Of a stretch of 64,000 nt of DNA, positions 22,413 to 35,480 are shown piece after piece. The stretch covers positions 23,994,001 through 24,058,000 of the forward strand of contig NC_043002.1 in assembly GCF_006345805.1 (NCBI RefSeq), read 5' to 3'. Below the pieces are notes generated by a model. That model saw only the letters and a program-made list of their open reading frames with translations. It had not been told where the DNA came from and searched no databases. The position numbers and the translations under genes were made by a program. Within the stretch, counting starts at the first letter, position 1. Every line of letters starts with the position of its first letter. Source of the stretch: Octopus sinensis. Taxonomy: Eukaryota.

Positions 22413-25400
22413 ACCTAGATGTTTCCAGTCAAGAACTGGGGTAGATGTAATCAACTAACCTTCCCCCAGATTGCACGTCTTCTACCCAGAAACAATTATT
22501 ATTGTGCTGTGGAATTCGAGCAAATAATAAAAAAAAAAGTAAACTAAATGTTTCATTGTCTTTGTTATTTTAATCTAAATGTAGTCAACACGACTTGTTA
22601 AGTTGATAGTAAGAAAAAGGGAGGAAAAAAGCTGGTGTTGAAATTGATGTGATCACTTCAATATAACTAAACCTTCATTATTTTTCTTAAAATTACAAGC
22701 TCTATTTAATGACAATCTCCCGTATAAAATAGTTGCTATACAAGTCGCTCTGAAGTCCTATATCTGCGTTAATATTATATTAAATGTGTGTTAATGTACC
22801 TGCTCTCTTCACGGTTTGGTACAGTAGCTACTAGTGGTGCAGCTACTATTACACTGCTGCAACTAGTAGCAGTTTGACTATTGTCAGTGGAATCATTGAT
22901 ATATCACCGCCACATTATTACTCTCAACATCTTAGGCAAGAGAGGGGGTCGTAACGACCACGATAACACTGATAAAATGTAGAATTCGTTTTCATATCTT
23001 ATACATTATATCTCCTATTTTTTCCCCATCACTTCTCCCTCGCGTCACACAATAGCAATGTAGGCGGGTTCTAATTACAGAAGAAATATGTCTTTAGGAT
23101 GGAAACTGTTCTCGGCACTGCTGAAACATCGTTTCACAATCTTTGTGTCTCTCTCTTCCTCCTGAACCTTCGAGAGAAAAAAAATGGCTGGCTGGAGTGG
23201 AAAGAAACAGTAGTAGTAGTTTTATTTAGTCTCTTCTCTATGACAGTTTCTTGCTTCTGCTGTAAAACTAGCTAATCATGTGGGCAATACTTATTTTCTT
23301 TACAAGGTCCACTCGAGAAGCTTGTCAAGATTTAATTATTCAATCTCTCTCTTGGAAAACATGCAAACTCTTGTTCTAAATTTGAAAAAGCGTTATCTAT
23401 TCAAACCAAATATGTCTGTGGAGGCCTTAAAATATGGGCTGATATGGACACTGCGCTTCAACGATGTAACAAAACAATTATCATTATTATAATTTAAAAT
23501 GGCGGTGGAATGGCAGAAACGGTAGAGCGTCGGACTGCGTTCTGAGTTCAAATCTCGTTTGGGTCGACTTACCCTCGCATTTCTCCCGGGTGATTCAGCC
23601 GACCGTTCTTCTCCCCTGCAGCTTCGCATCTTCCCTCCTTCAAAACTGAGACGCTCGACTCACAAAACTAACTCGCCCGACTCACAAAACCATCTATTTT
23701 AAAGTGTTCGTATATAAATTTAAACCTACTGTCATATTGTAATGTTCCAAAAGCCAGATTAATAATAGCAAGTTATTTTACAAAATCTTTCTTATTTTCA
23801 AAATTTATTGAAATGTGATCAGGAAATGGATTCAGTAATTTCTGAATATTCCCAAATTGATTCCTGAGGTCACTTCCAGATACGTAAACTAATAAATACC
23901 TTCGTTGCTAGAAGGCATCAAATCCTCTAGCTACATTTTTACTGATTTGAGGGATTTTGCCCCCTATTAATTCACTTAAAGACTTATTTAAATAAAATTC
24001 ATTTAAAATTTATACTTTTTTCTTACTTAATGCCGCCTCCCTTAGTGTTTTGCATATAGTTCATAAATTCCGTACTTTTCTCCTAAATTTAAAGGATGGA
24101 ATATATTCATTGAGACGTTTATCTAAAACGCAAAAAGAAAAGAAAAAGTGCTGTATATGGTTTTTAAAATGGTCACTTCGTTTGTAATCACAATCGTGAC
24201 ATGTAGATGTAAACGGCTGGATTTTAGTTGCGTTTATTATTTTACCGAGAAATTGAGATTTTTTATAAATGTTCTAACTCATTTTAGGTCCAAACCTTTT
24301 TTGATAAATTTATTTAATAAAAAAAAAAAGCTTTAGTTTAACTACATGACGTAGACCCAAAAGATAGGTCTATAACACGTATTAAGTTGGTTTTAAGTCG
24401 TCTTCAGTTCCTGTATAAAGAAACAAAACTCTCGAATCATTTCCAACTCTTTGTTGACAGTTGGGGCGCCCCTTAAACATTTTGATCGTTGGGTATTAAC
24501 CCTATCCACCAAAAACATTCAAAAACAAAGGCTTTTAACGACATTTTTTCATCGTTACTTTTTAACGATTTACGAACCAAAAAATCGTTTAATTTGAGGG
24601 TATACTTAGGAACTTTGCTTAGGTTTTTGAATTTAAAAAAGAAGCAAAACTTACAAGATAATGTAATCTTAAGAGGAAGATTTTCCCACTTAACCATAAC
24701 TTTTCCGTTTTATTATTTCTAAATGAAATGCCAAAATGAGATGTAACTTATTACAACTGCTTATGTTGACAATTTCAATCAGTAACTGTTTCCCCCTCCC
24801 CTCTAATTTCACATTTTTATTGATATTACTACATACATTAATGTTAAACTGCGACTGGTGATATAATCTATTCGAAACAACTTCCTACTGCAAACTGAAG
24901 TCACTGTGGAATGTGAAGAGGGAGGGGGGGCACATTCCGAACAATGTTATAAATTGTCTTGCTGTTTGAGCGTACTGGAATCTGTTTAAAGAACATGGGC
25001 GAAACTAGAGCTATTAACCATGCTCAAACCAACCTCTTCTTCATAACACCATTTTTGAGATTGATATAGTGTCAAACGGTATATTTGCATATTAGGCGTC
25101 TTGGGAAATTTGCTATATGATTACTCATGTTCTTAAGATAAGTATTTCACTTGGTTCTGTTGGCTGAAGAGAAATTTTAAGATTAAACTCGATTGTACGG
25201 GTAACCAACCATGAAGTGTACAATTTATATGGAGTTCGTTCATTATCTTTTGGTTTATAGTATTTAATTAATCTTACTGGCAAGGTTTAAAAAAATTCTT
25301 TTATTAAATCACTCATTATGACATGATCGAAGTTGTGGACTAACTATAGTATTTAGTTATGTCATTAAATTATAGACACACAGCTATGGTGGGGGTTGCT

Positions 25401-27354
25401 TTTTATCGTGATTCAGCTTTTGCATATATGAGTTTATTTAGAGAGTAATAAGAGGAGATAGAATTAACATTTCTCTGATCATGTTCAACATCTAACTGTT
25501 TAGTTAACATACACATTATAGCTTAGCTTTTACTCAGACGTTCCATTGTTGGTATTATAGAGACTGCTTTGAGAGACAATGTGGTTATATGTTAAACTGA
25601 GAGAAGAAAACAAATCATTTTGTAGATATTGAATTATGTTTGGCCATCTAAATTTAAAACATGATAAAGCTTAATTTATGTTGCTGTGAATTAGAACAAG
25701 AACATATATTTCTGCCTTGAATATAACAAATACCTTGTTTTATATAGAATGCGTGTGTGTGGTTTTCTTTCATTGGGAGTCTTGAATAAAATATAAATTT
25801 GTGGAATCTGAGTTACATATATAGGTGCTTAGAATTTTAGAAAAAATTGCATTCCAGCTTCGGTTATAAAGAATTCTTAAGTTGCTTTGTTAAATTGATC
25901 ATGTCTTGTTTGCTCGTGCTATAAATTAATATTAGTTTAAATTTTCTCTTGAAAAATAATCTTACATTCTACAAAATATAGTTTTATGTTAATTATTCTC
26001 AACATATTACCATGAAGGGTTGACCTTGAAGTGTAGTTTCACTTCCATAATTATAAAATTTTACAACCTGCTCTAACTTTTAATTAAGCATCGATGTTTT
26101 GAATTAAAAAAAAAAACACTAGCATTTTTATTTGGAATTTGAACTTAGAAAAAAGTAGGCTGGCACAGCCATGTCAGAGACTGCATAATGTTTAGCTTGA
26201 TGGAATTTACCTATGAATCATGGTTAATTTGGCCCTATTTTTGACAGGCTTCTGTAAATATATAGAATAGGCTGATTAGGTCAGCTTGTAACTTAAATAG
26301 TTGGTATTTATTTTTCTGCTCAACTTTTCTTTTTTATGTGAAATTATTTCTGAAGTACTAAATTAATTGTGAAATTTTATGTATTCTAAGTCTCATTTAA
26401 AACATGAAACATTAAGGGAAAGAATTCAGTTTTATCTGAGTGGTTTTTTTTTGGGTTTTTTTTTTGTTCTGTCTGATTGTGTAAATAGTCATGTCACCTA
26501 ATAATATATGAAGAGGTTTCATGTTATAACTTGATGGCTTCATTAAATATTGATCTTGACTACATTTATTATATGACCTGTGTTGAGACATTCGTTTGCT
26601 TCATTTTATGAACTTGTTGCATTTTTGTAAAATATTTAAAAATAAATTGGTTTTTTATCATGAAATATATACTTTGTAGTATTTTCTCAAAATATATTTG
26701 CCAAATATTTTTCTTATATTTGTAATGTGATCCTCCTGATGAATGTTAAACATTTTTGTGTATTTGCTGTGTGTGATTTAATTTTTAAGTAACTTTGTAA
26801 TACTGATTATATTAAAGTAGTTATATCTTCATTATGAGATGATGTAAAGTTTTTTGTAACTACTAAATTGAGGGTATGTTAAACACTTTACTGCAAAGTG
26901 TGATGTGTTGCAGTTGTTTCATTCTTAAAATAATTTGTCATGGATAAAAGATTCATATTTTTGATAATGATTTAATTAAACTAAACGAAGCTTCGTTTAA
27001 TTTTTACAATTTACGAAGCTTAATGTTTCTTAATGATCAATATAATAGTTCTCTTATGGAACTGCTTCAATCAACTTTGTAATGACTTTCGGAAAAGTAT
27101 AGGTATGCATCACAGCTCCAATGTTATATGGTAAAGCAAATCTTACATAAATATGTAGCTTTGTGTCTAATGTGATGTGATGTCCTTGCATGCACACTTA
27201 ATGCTTTCGAGAGTGTACATAACTGGGTATAAATATAAAATTTGGCAGTAATTAATTGCAATGGAAATAGTGGCAGTATGTCATTAAATCTGACATTTGG
27301 TATATAAAAGCTGTGTACAATTTAAAATTTTAATTTTTTTTTTTTTTTTTTCAG

Positions 27355-27554
27355 AAATGGTGGAAAGCATGAAAGAGGTGGCCGACCAGGGGATTGAATT
27401 ATCTGTGGAGGAAAGAAACCTTTTATCAGTTGCATATAAAAATGTGATAGGTGCTCGTCGAGCCTCCTGGAGAATTGTCAGCAGTCTAGAGCAAAAGGAA
27501 GAAGCTAAAGGCAGTGAACAGCGAGTAAATTTGATTAGAGCCTACAGAGAAAAG
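27355..27554 (+). CDS. YWHAE: 14-3-3 epsilon coding exon 2
   Basis: Poly-T CAG acceptor; [40 protein letters not shown]; gtaagc donor; 200 nt. Confidence 0.98.
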
Positions 27555-29009
27555 GTAAGCTGACTAAATTGTTTTGACTATATCACTTTACTAACCAGCT
27601 AATGTACCTGAGTAATTTTGAGATACTCTTGTGGCTTACTATTTTATTGCAGTAGGGTCCAGGTAATAATTTGACAGTGTCCTCTTGAATCTGCAAACTT
27701 AGAAAAAGCAGGTGAAAAATGAATGTGACTTAAGCAAATTTCCTAAATTATTAATAGTCCCGTCCCCCCAAAGATAGTCCATAGTGTCATGTGATTATCA
27801 CAAAATGTTTGGGGTGGAGGGGTTTTGTGAAAGATATAGAAAAGCTTACACTAGTTCTAATATGATTCCTGTCACTCTTTACTCCATTTCTATGACCATA
27901 TGCTGAATTGATTGGAACTTCTCTAAAATAATCAAGTCCAACCCATACCAGTATGGAAAACAAGTGTTATATTGAAATTGAATAAATTCTTTCTTGAGCA
28001 TGTATTAATGTCTGTACTGTGCCTTCTTGATCTCTTCTATTCAAACTGCTTTCTCATATTTACACAATGGTAATCAGAATTTTTATATTCACTCAAGCTT
28101 CTGTCACCACTAACAAAAAAATAAAACAAATTTACTTATTCCAAAGAATTTACTTCAAACAGACATGTGAGGGAAAAGATTCTTAAAAATAAAAACATTT
28201 TCAGACCATGTCTGCCTTTGTTCAAATTAAATCCAAATAACATTTTATCTGTTGATTTATATTAATGTTGACTATAAAATTTACTAAAAGCATTAAACTG
28301 TATTTAGTAGCCTCTGTAATCTACTTGTAAACTTTTTTTAAAACTTTATATTGAATATATTTAGGGAGATAATTATTTTAAAAAATTACCACTCTTAATT
28401 TTTGTTTTAAACAAATTCAGTTTTCAAATTCAGCTATAAAGTTTCAAATCATGTTCATTTGTACACTGGATGCTTATCTTGACTAATTCATAAAGATTAA
28501 CATTTCTTAAAAATCACTGAAATGTGACTGATCTGATTTATTAAGAAAATGTTATTGATATTTTATCTATTAAATTGTGTTTCTATTGCATTGTTCCGCA
28601 AATCTTACTTAGTTTACAGCTATATTGATTAAATATCTCTAAGATAACAGTGAGATATTTAATTGGTGAATAGTTGTTTCATCATCACTTGCTTATTGAA
28701 GTTGGCTGAATCGTTAATATTGATCATATTTAATCATACACTACGCTTCATACTCAGAATTCAACTAGTTCAGCTAGAGTTGACTTTTCATATCATTGCT
28801 CTGGGGCTGTTGATAAAATAAAGCGCCAGTCAGTTGTTTGGGTTAATATAATCAACTCTACACTGCTCTCAAAATTGAAACCTTGTGGTTATTATTGGTT
28901 AGTGAAACACATCTGAAATGCTGTAAAACAGTGCAATCCCAATGTTGACACCAAAATAGTAATGTTAATCTCTGTTTAACAATTGCTTGTTGTAATTGGT
29001 TCATTTCAG

Positions 29010-29116
29010 ATTGAAGGTGAACTTCAAGATATTTGCAATGATGTTTTAGCTGTTTTGGATAAGAAACTTTTAACTAATGCTTCAACTGGAGAATCTAGAG
29101 TGTTTTATTACAAAAT
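29010..29116 (+). CDS. YWHAE: 14-3-3 epsilon coding exon 3
   Basis: tttcag acceptor; [35 protein letters not shown]; gtaagt donor; 107 nt. Confidence 0.97.
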
Positions 29117-29244
29117 GTAAGTATGTCATATTTAGGTTTCTTGATACACACACATGCATGTACACACTTCTTTAACTTAAACAACTTAGTAAACTTGCGG
29201 TAAATAGTAAGGAAATTACTTCTCAATATTAAATCTAAATTTAA

Positions 29245-29435
29245 GGCAGTGAATTGGCAGAATCATTAAGCAGGTTGAAGGCATTTTGCCCTCTGTTTTT
29301 ACATTATGAATTCAAAATCTACCTAGGTCGATTATGCCTTTCAGGGTCAATAAAGTACCGTTGAGCACTAGGGTCAATCTGATTGACTTCACTCCTCCGC
29401 CAGTTGCTGGCCTTGTGTCCAAATTTGAAACCAAT
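29245..29435 (+). mobile_element. SINE family A in 14-3-3 intron 3
   Basis: ggcagtgaattggcagaatc...ggccttgtgtccaaatttgaaacc. Confidence 0.7.
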
Positions 29436-29746
29436 ATTAAATCTATTTTCACTGTTTCTGTGATTTTTTTTCCTTCTTTTTATTGATATGCTTCAGTTTT
29501 CTGCTTTATTGTGGGCATTTTAACATGAAATATTGCATAGTCTATGTGTGGACCCATATGACTATTAACATAGCTATGTTATCAAATAGAGGCAACGATT
29601 AAATCTACTCTAGTACATGAGACACATTCCATTCTGTTTTGATATAACAAAGAAAAAAACTAGTTAATTAGAAAAATATTTTTAATTCTCCACAGCATCT
29701 TGTACATTTTATGCTGTTTCAACTTTGAAAATTTTATCTGTTTTAG

Positions 29747-30090
29747 GAAAGGTGATTACCATCGCTACTTGGCAGAATTTGCCACTGGGGAGGAGAGGAA
29801 GGACGCTGCTGACAATAGTTTACTTGCCTACAAGGCGGCAAGTGAATATGCCTTAAAGGACCTACCTCCCACCCACCCGATACGATTAGGCTTGGCACTC
29901 AATTTCTCTGTCTTCTATTATGAGATCTTCAATACACCTGACCGTGCTTGTCGATTGGCCAAGTGTGCATTTGATGAAGCAATTGCTGAGCTGGATACGC
30001 TGAGTGAAGAGAGCTACAAAGATTCCACCCTTATAATGCAGCTACTGAGAGACAACCTTACTCTCTGGACATCAGATATGCAGGCTGAAG
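29747..30090 (+). CDS. YWHAE: 14-3-3 epsilon coding exon 4
   Basis: [57 protein letters not shown]; 344 nt; phases consistent with neighbouring exons. Confidence 0.98.
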
Positions 30091-30791
30091 GTAAATTTTA
30101 AAATCTTTCTCTAATTTATAACTCTTTTATAGCTAATATTTCTGATGTACAGAAAGATTTTTCTCTTTTTTTTTTTTAACAAAGTTTAGATTTTCATAGA
30201 GCCCAACTATTAAAAACTGGGAGTAATTAGAATAAAATCTTACATCAAAAATAGAAAAAAAAGTGCACGTATAATACTTGTAGTTTAAGGCCTGTCATTC
30301 TAATCATCGTTTAATGTCCGTTATATATATAATTATAGATCTGTTAGACTAAATGTGAGTACATAAGTTTTTCTAGTTTGTAATGTTTTTTCTCAAAATT
30401 GGTACTAAATTGGTTGTAATTTGTAATATATAGACATTTGAAGAAATGAAGTAGTATATCATCTGGTACAAATGTTTTTTAAAACAAGATGTTTGAAATG
30501 CTAAATAGAGTGGCAGCCTTCCATCAAAGATGATGGGAATCCTTAAAATTGCTTTTTGGCATGCTAAATGAAATCTGAAATTAAGTTTTATGCCTCTTAG
30601 ATTTTGAAGTGGTACTTAAAGATAAATGTGACATTTTGATGCTCAAGAAAAGCATAGGTGATTATGAGTTAGGATATAATCATTTTCTTCATCTTTTTGC
30701 TTTGCCATTTCTATTTTTCTTTTCCTTGAGAGGATGGTTTCTTTTTGTTACTGAGATTCCTGTTGTTGCATTGGGTAATTGCTACACACAC

Positions 30792-31048
30792 AGGTGTAGG
30801 CATAGCTGTGCAGTTAAGATGTTTGCTTCTCAACCATGTGGTGGGGAGCAAACACACACACTATATATATATATACATATGTATATTACAAGCTTCTTTC
30901 AATTTCCATCTACTAAATCCACTCACAAGGCTTTGGTTGGCCCTAGGCTATATTGAAGATGCTTGCCCAAGTTGCCATGCAGTGGGACTGAACCTAGAAA
31001 CATGTGGTTGGGAGGCAAGCTTCTTACAACACAACCATATCTGCGCCT
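30792..31048. mobile_element. Inverted pair of family B SINE pieces in the last intron of 14-3-3
   Basis: A plus-strand head fragment at 30792-30842 faces a minus-strand copy at ~30850-31048. Confidence 0.7.
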
Positions 31049-31945
31049 AAATTCAAGCCCCAATATCCCTTGTGACAGGCAGGCATACTTACCACTATAC
31101 TACCGAGGAATGTTAATTTTATTTCCCTTTTTTCTCTCCACTCAATGCATTTAAGATTTTCAACTTTGATATGCACAAGCATGACTGTAGGAACTAATGT
31201 CACTGCACTTAAAAACCATGTATCCAACCCATGCTAGCATAGAAAAATAGTTGTGATGACAGAAACAATGATGATAAGTTCTGGAAGTGTCTTCAAATTT
31301 TCTGTTTCATTGACAAACAAGCTTAATAATTTTCAAATGTCTTCTGTGAGCGAGTCCAGATTGGTAAAAGCATAAGAATGTTTACTCTAATGACCTTTTA
31401 ATATAATATAGAAAAATGTGAAATTTTTGAGAATTCTGCATGAAATATTTTCTCTTAGAAAATTAGATATAATATTCTCTGAGTTTGTATATAATAAAAC
31501 AAAGTGTTCATGTTTCTTGAAGTTTGGTAACTCCTGGTGTAAGGCAAATATTTAGTTAACTATTGTCACAATTGAGTCTTGGCTAAAATAACTGTTTAAT
31601 AGAATGACCAAATACATTTCTCTCATCTTTATATGTCTATTACTACATCTGTGTCCTTTCATTTGAAATATAGAATATAATTAAGGTAAATTTTGCTGTT
31701 ACTATTTCTAGTGAATCCGGTTAGACACTGGTACCATGGCTGTTAGTAGGAGGGTTGTTGATATTATTGTATTGAAGCTGCAGAAATAAAAACTTAACTG
31801 TAATAGGTACAAAAAGGGTTTTGAAATGGACAAGCAACTGGAAATTGCTAGTTGAAAGCTAATGGTAATAACAATGACCAAACAGCAACCTTGTACGGTA
31901 GAGTAAATTTGACTAAACTGCTAATCATTTCATTCTCTTTTTCAG

Positions 31946-32001
31946 ATTGTGAACATAAAGCTGAGGGGCAACCAGAAGGTGAGACAGAGGAAGTGTCATA
32001 A
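31946..32001 (+). CDS. YWHAE: 14-3-3 epsilon terminal coding exon
   Basis: Strong pyrimidine tract plus CAG; phase 1 gives the acidic tail DCEHKAEGQPEGETEEVS*. Total CDS is 771 nt. Confidence 0.88.
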
Positions 32002-33601
32002 ACAGCAACCCATTTAGTTGAATCTATTTGCACATGAAACAGAATAATAATAATAATGATAATATAATAAGAATAATATAATAATAATAATAATATAATA
32101 ATATTGGTCTTCTTGTCACTCTCTCTGGCCATGACTATTATCATTTTTCTCTTGTACATTGTTCTGTATTGATATGTTATCTGTATAAAAGTGACCAACC
32201 AAACCATGTCCATTATTTCATAGCGCTACCAAAGGCCAGTCATGACCATATTATGAGTGGAAGAGACATGCATGCTAGTGCATGCACACACACACACACA
32301 TATGCACACATACACATAGTGAAAAAACAGTGTATTCTCTTATTCTTCTCTGATTTGTTTAGTTGTTTCTCATCTCTCTCTCTTTAGAATCTGTTCAATT
32401 TTGTCTCCTCACTCCCTTCCATTTCATTGTCTTTCACTAAGCTAACTTAGCTCTCTTTTAAGTTTCTTTCTTTCTAATTAAATAATTAAAAGAGAAAAAA
32501 AAAAGTTTGTCAATCATTTCTATTCTGGCTAAATGTGGACCAAACCAGCTCTGTCTTTCAGCCAGTGATAATGTCACACTTTTCCCCTCTATCCTTTTCA
32601 ATAAAACTTTAAAATTAAAAAATAACAATTAGTATTTGTTAAGAAAAGTGGAAAAAATACAATTTTGAATGTGGGAAAAATGGGGGGGAAAATTGAAAAA
32701 GAAAACTTTCTTTGATACATACAAGTCTTGATATTTTATTGGTTTCTGATAGTCCTCTGTAGAAAATTGTTCTCAAATCAGTCAGAAATTTCACATTGAA
32801 ATTTTTTATTATTGTTATTATTATTATTATTTTGTCTTGCCCTTCCCTTGGTCACCGGTGGCAGTGTCAAAAATTTAAGTGAAAAATAAAATTTTGAAAG
32901 CTACTTATTAATTACACCTACAACTAAAATAAAAAAAAAAGTTTTAAAAGTATTGGAAAATTATTTTATTCTTCCTCCTTCCCCCCAGTATGCCTAAACC
33001 TGCTCTTTGCTCTGCATTCATGGATGCTTTTTTTGACTTGACATCCTCAGCATTGAAGTAAAGTTACATTGTTTATATATCACATTGGGTTGATAATATA
33101 GTCCAGTAGCCAGCTGCATTGTTTCTTTGTTTTTTGTGCTGGAATTGTGCTTTCTGACTGACCAGTTGTTGGTGGTGGTGGTGGTGATAGTAGTAGTAAG
33201 GTCTCATGAGGGTTAGGCTGTATCAATCAATTTTTGCTGGTAAGACCTCCCGTGTGTATGTGTGTGTGTGGCTGGCTGATTGAATTAAATTTTTATACCT
33301 TAACATCTCTTTGTGTCTCTTAATTATGAAGCTGTTTTTCATTTCTCTTCTTCATTGCTTTCTTTTGGCTTCCTCTTTCTCTCTCTCTTTCGTATGGCTT
33401 CTCCTGTTTATTTGTACCATCGACATCACCACTACCACTGCCACTTATTTATTTACTCTTATTTTCTTGATTTTTATCTATTAACTGTATTTATGAGGTC
33501 TTGCTTGCTAATTTATGTCAGTCCTCCAATACTAGGTATACATCCCTAGGTATGCACATGTGTATGGTATCTGTCTGTATGTGCGTGTATGTGTATATAT
33601 A

Positions 33602-33638
<37 letters not shown>

Positions 33639-35480
33639 CATATATATCATATATAAAGAGAGAGAGAGAATCAATTTTGTTTTTCAACATTAAAACATTC
33701 ACATTATTATCATGATTTTCCAATTTTCTTTTCCACTCCATATACCTCATCTGGTAAATATACTGCCTCTTTTCAAGCAAATTGCTTTTTATAATGGAAG
33801 GACTCGTCAGAGTTATATATACATATATATATATTTTTCATTTTTATTTATTTATTTTTAAAACATATGCAATGATTTAAAAATCTATTTAGTAAAAAAC
33901 CAAAAAAATTGTCACTATTTGAATAATTTGATTTTCTAGCCGTAGTAATTTGGCTGGGATTCTGTGGCACTGAATCACTTATCTGTTTTTATTTACTTAG
34001 TGGGTTGATGGTAGTGGTTTTGCTGGGGATTTTTTGTCTGTCAAGGCAGAGCTGTTAATTGTTATATTTTTTATTACTTAGCAATAATTAAATATTGTTG
34101 AATTGATACAACTTCAGAAAACCTTTTTCTCATTAAGACAATGAATCTAGGTCTTTATACATGAGCATACACACGCATACATGCACATTCTGTCTAATAG
34201 GGTTCTATTTATCAACTGTGTTCACAATAACTACTGCCTTGCATGTTGAATTTTCATGCAAGAAAAGGCTGGTGAAATGACCTTTGGCCACTATCTTTGA
34301 ATTCATTCTCCAACCAGAAATAAGTTTACTTCGCTGGTTTTATTATTTTGTGATACAAAAACTGTATACTTTCTCCTTCTTTCTGGTTTCCTACATTTCA
34401 TAAACTCTGATCTTGTCGGTATTTCTGTGCATGTCTATCTGTGTTGTCTCTGGCACCAAAATATAGTTGGTGCCACTCTCATTCAACCTTACATGATTTT
34501 AGTATTATTTGTTTTGCTTTGTTAGCTTATTAATTTCATCTGTTTCTGACACCTCCCTATCAGTTGCCACTGTTAATTTATGTGCATGTAATGAAAATAA
34601 AAACTCCCTCTCATCTCCCTTTATTTGAATAGCATTGTTAATGAAATGTAATTTCTAATTCAAGCATGCTGGTTTCTTTATTTTGTCTGACTGAATTCTC
34701 ACCTAATTTTTCAACTTTTGGATACACTTACCCTATAGAGGTGTAGACAAATTGCTTAGCGATGAAATATTATTTGTACACTGTTACTGTCCAATGTGGC
34801 AGTGTAAGCCTGGTGTATGGAGGGGTAACCACCAAACTGAAAAGCTGGGTTACTTTTGATGTCCTAAAATTAAGGAATTTGTGCTGGGAGGAAGTGTGCG
34901 TGTGTGTATGCGAAAGGGAAGCAGCTCTTCTTGTCTGATATTTTTCACTGTTTTCAGTTGTAATCAACTGCTCCCCATTCTTTATTGCTTAGAGAATCGC
35001 GGTCAAATGTTAGAGGAGGAATTAATATCCAAGAAAGTTTTCTCTACCTGCTTCACCTCAAGATTAGCCAATTTTATATTAAAATAAATTCAACAATTTC
35101 CTTAGTGCCAAGATATTGGTCTTGCAAATTGTAATATATATATACATACATATATATATATTAATATAACAGCTTTTTCTTTTCTTTTTTCTTTTTTTTT
35201 TTTTGTAATTTAATCCTTTAAGTTGAGGCTGGGAGCAATAGTGGAGAGAAAGTGTTAGTTTTACTATCAAATGCAATCTGAACTTTCTCGTGTAATGTTT
35301 GTTATTTTATTCTTAAACTTTTTTTTTTTTCCTATTGATCATTTGTCATGGATCTAATAATGCCTGCAAAGTAACCATTCGCTGCCCATGTCTAGGACTT
35401 GACAAAGTTCTGACTGACTCTGTCTCTACTGTATAATCTGTCTCTGTATTGTCCTCCGAAATAAAACTTAAACCTGAAGA
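32002..35480 (+). other. Probable long 3' UTR of 14-3-3 epsilon with several poly(A) signals
   Basis: U-rich and free of recognisable SINEs. AATAAA occurs at 32600, ~32885, ~32928, ~34596 and 35460, and repeats resume immediately after. Confidence 0.55.

Noticed and set aside
26982-26999. 18-bp perfect palindrome taaacgaagcttcgttta in 14-3-3 intron 1
   Set aside because: Short and isolated, with no supporting context.
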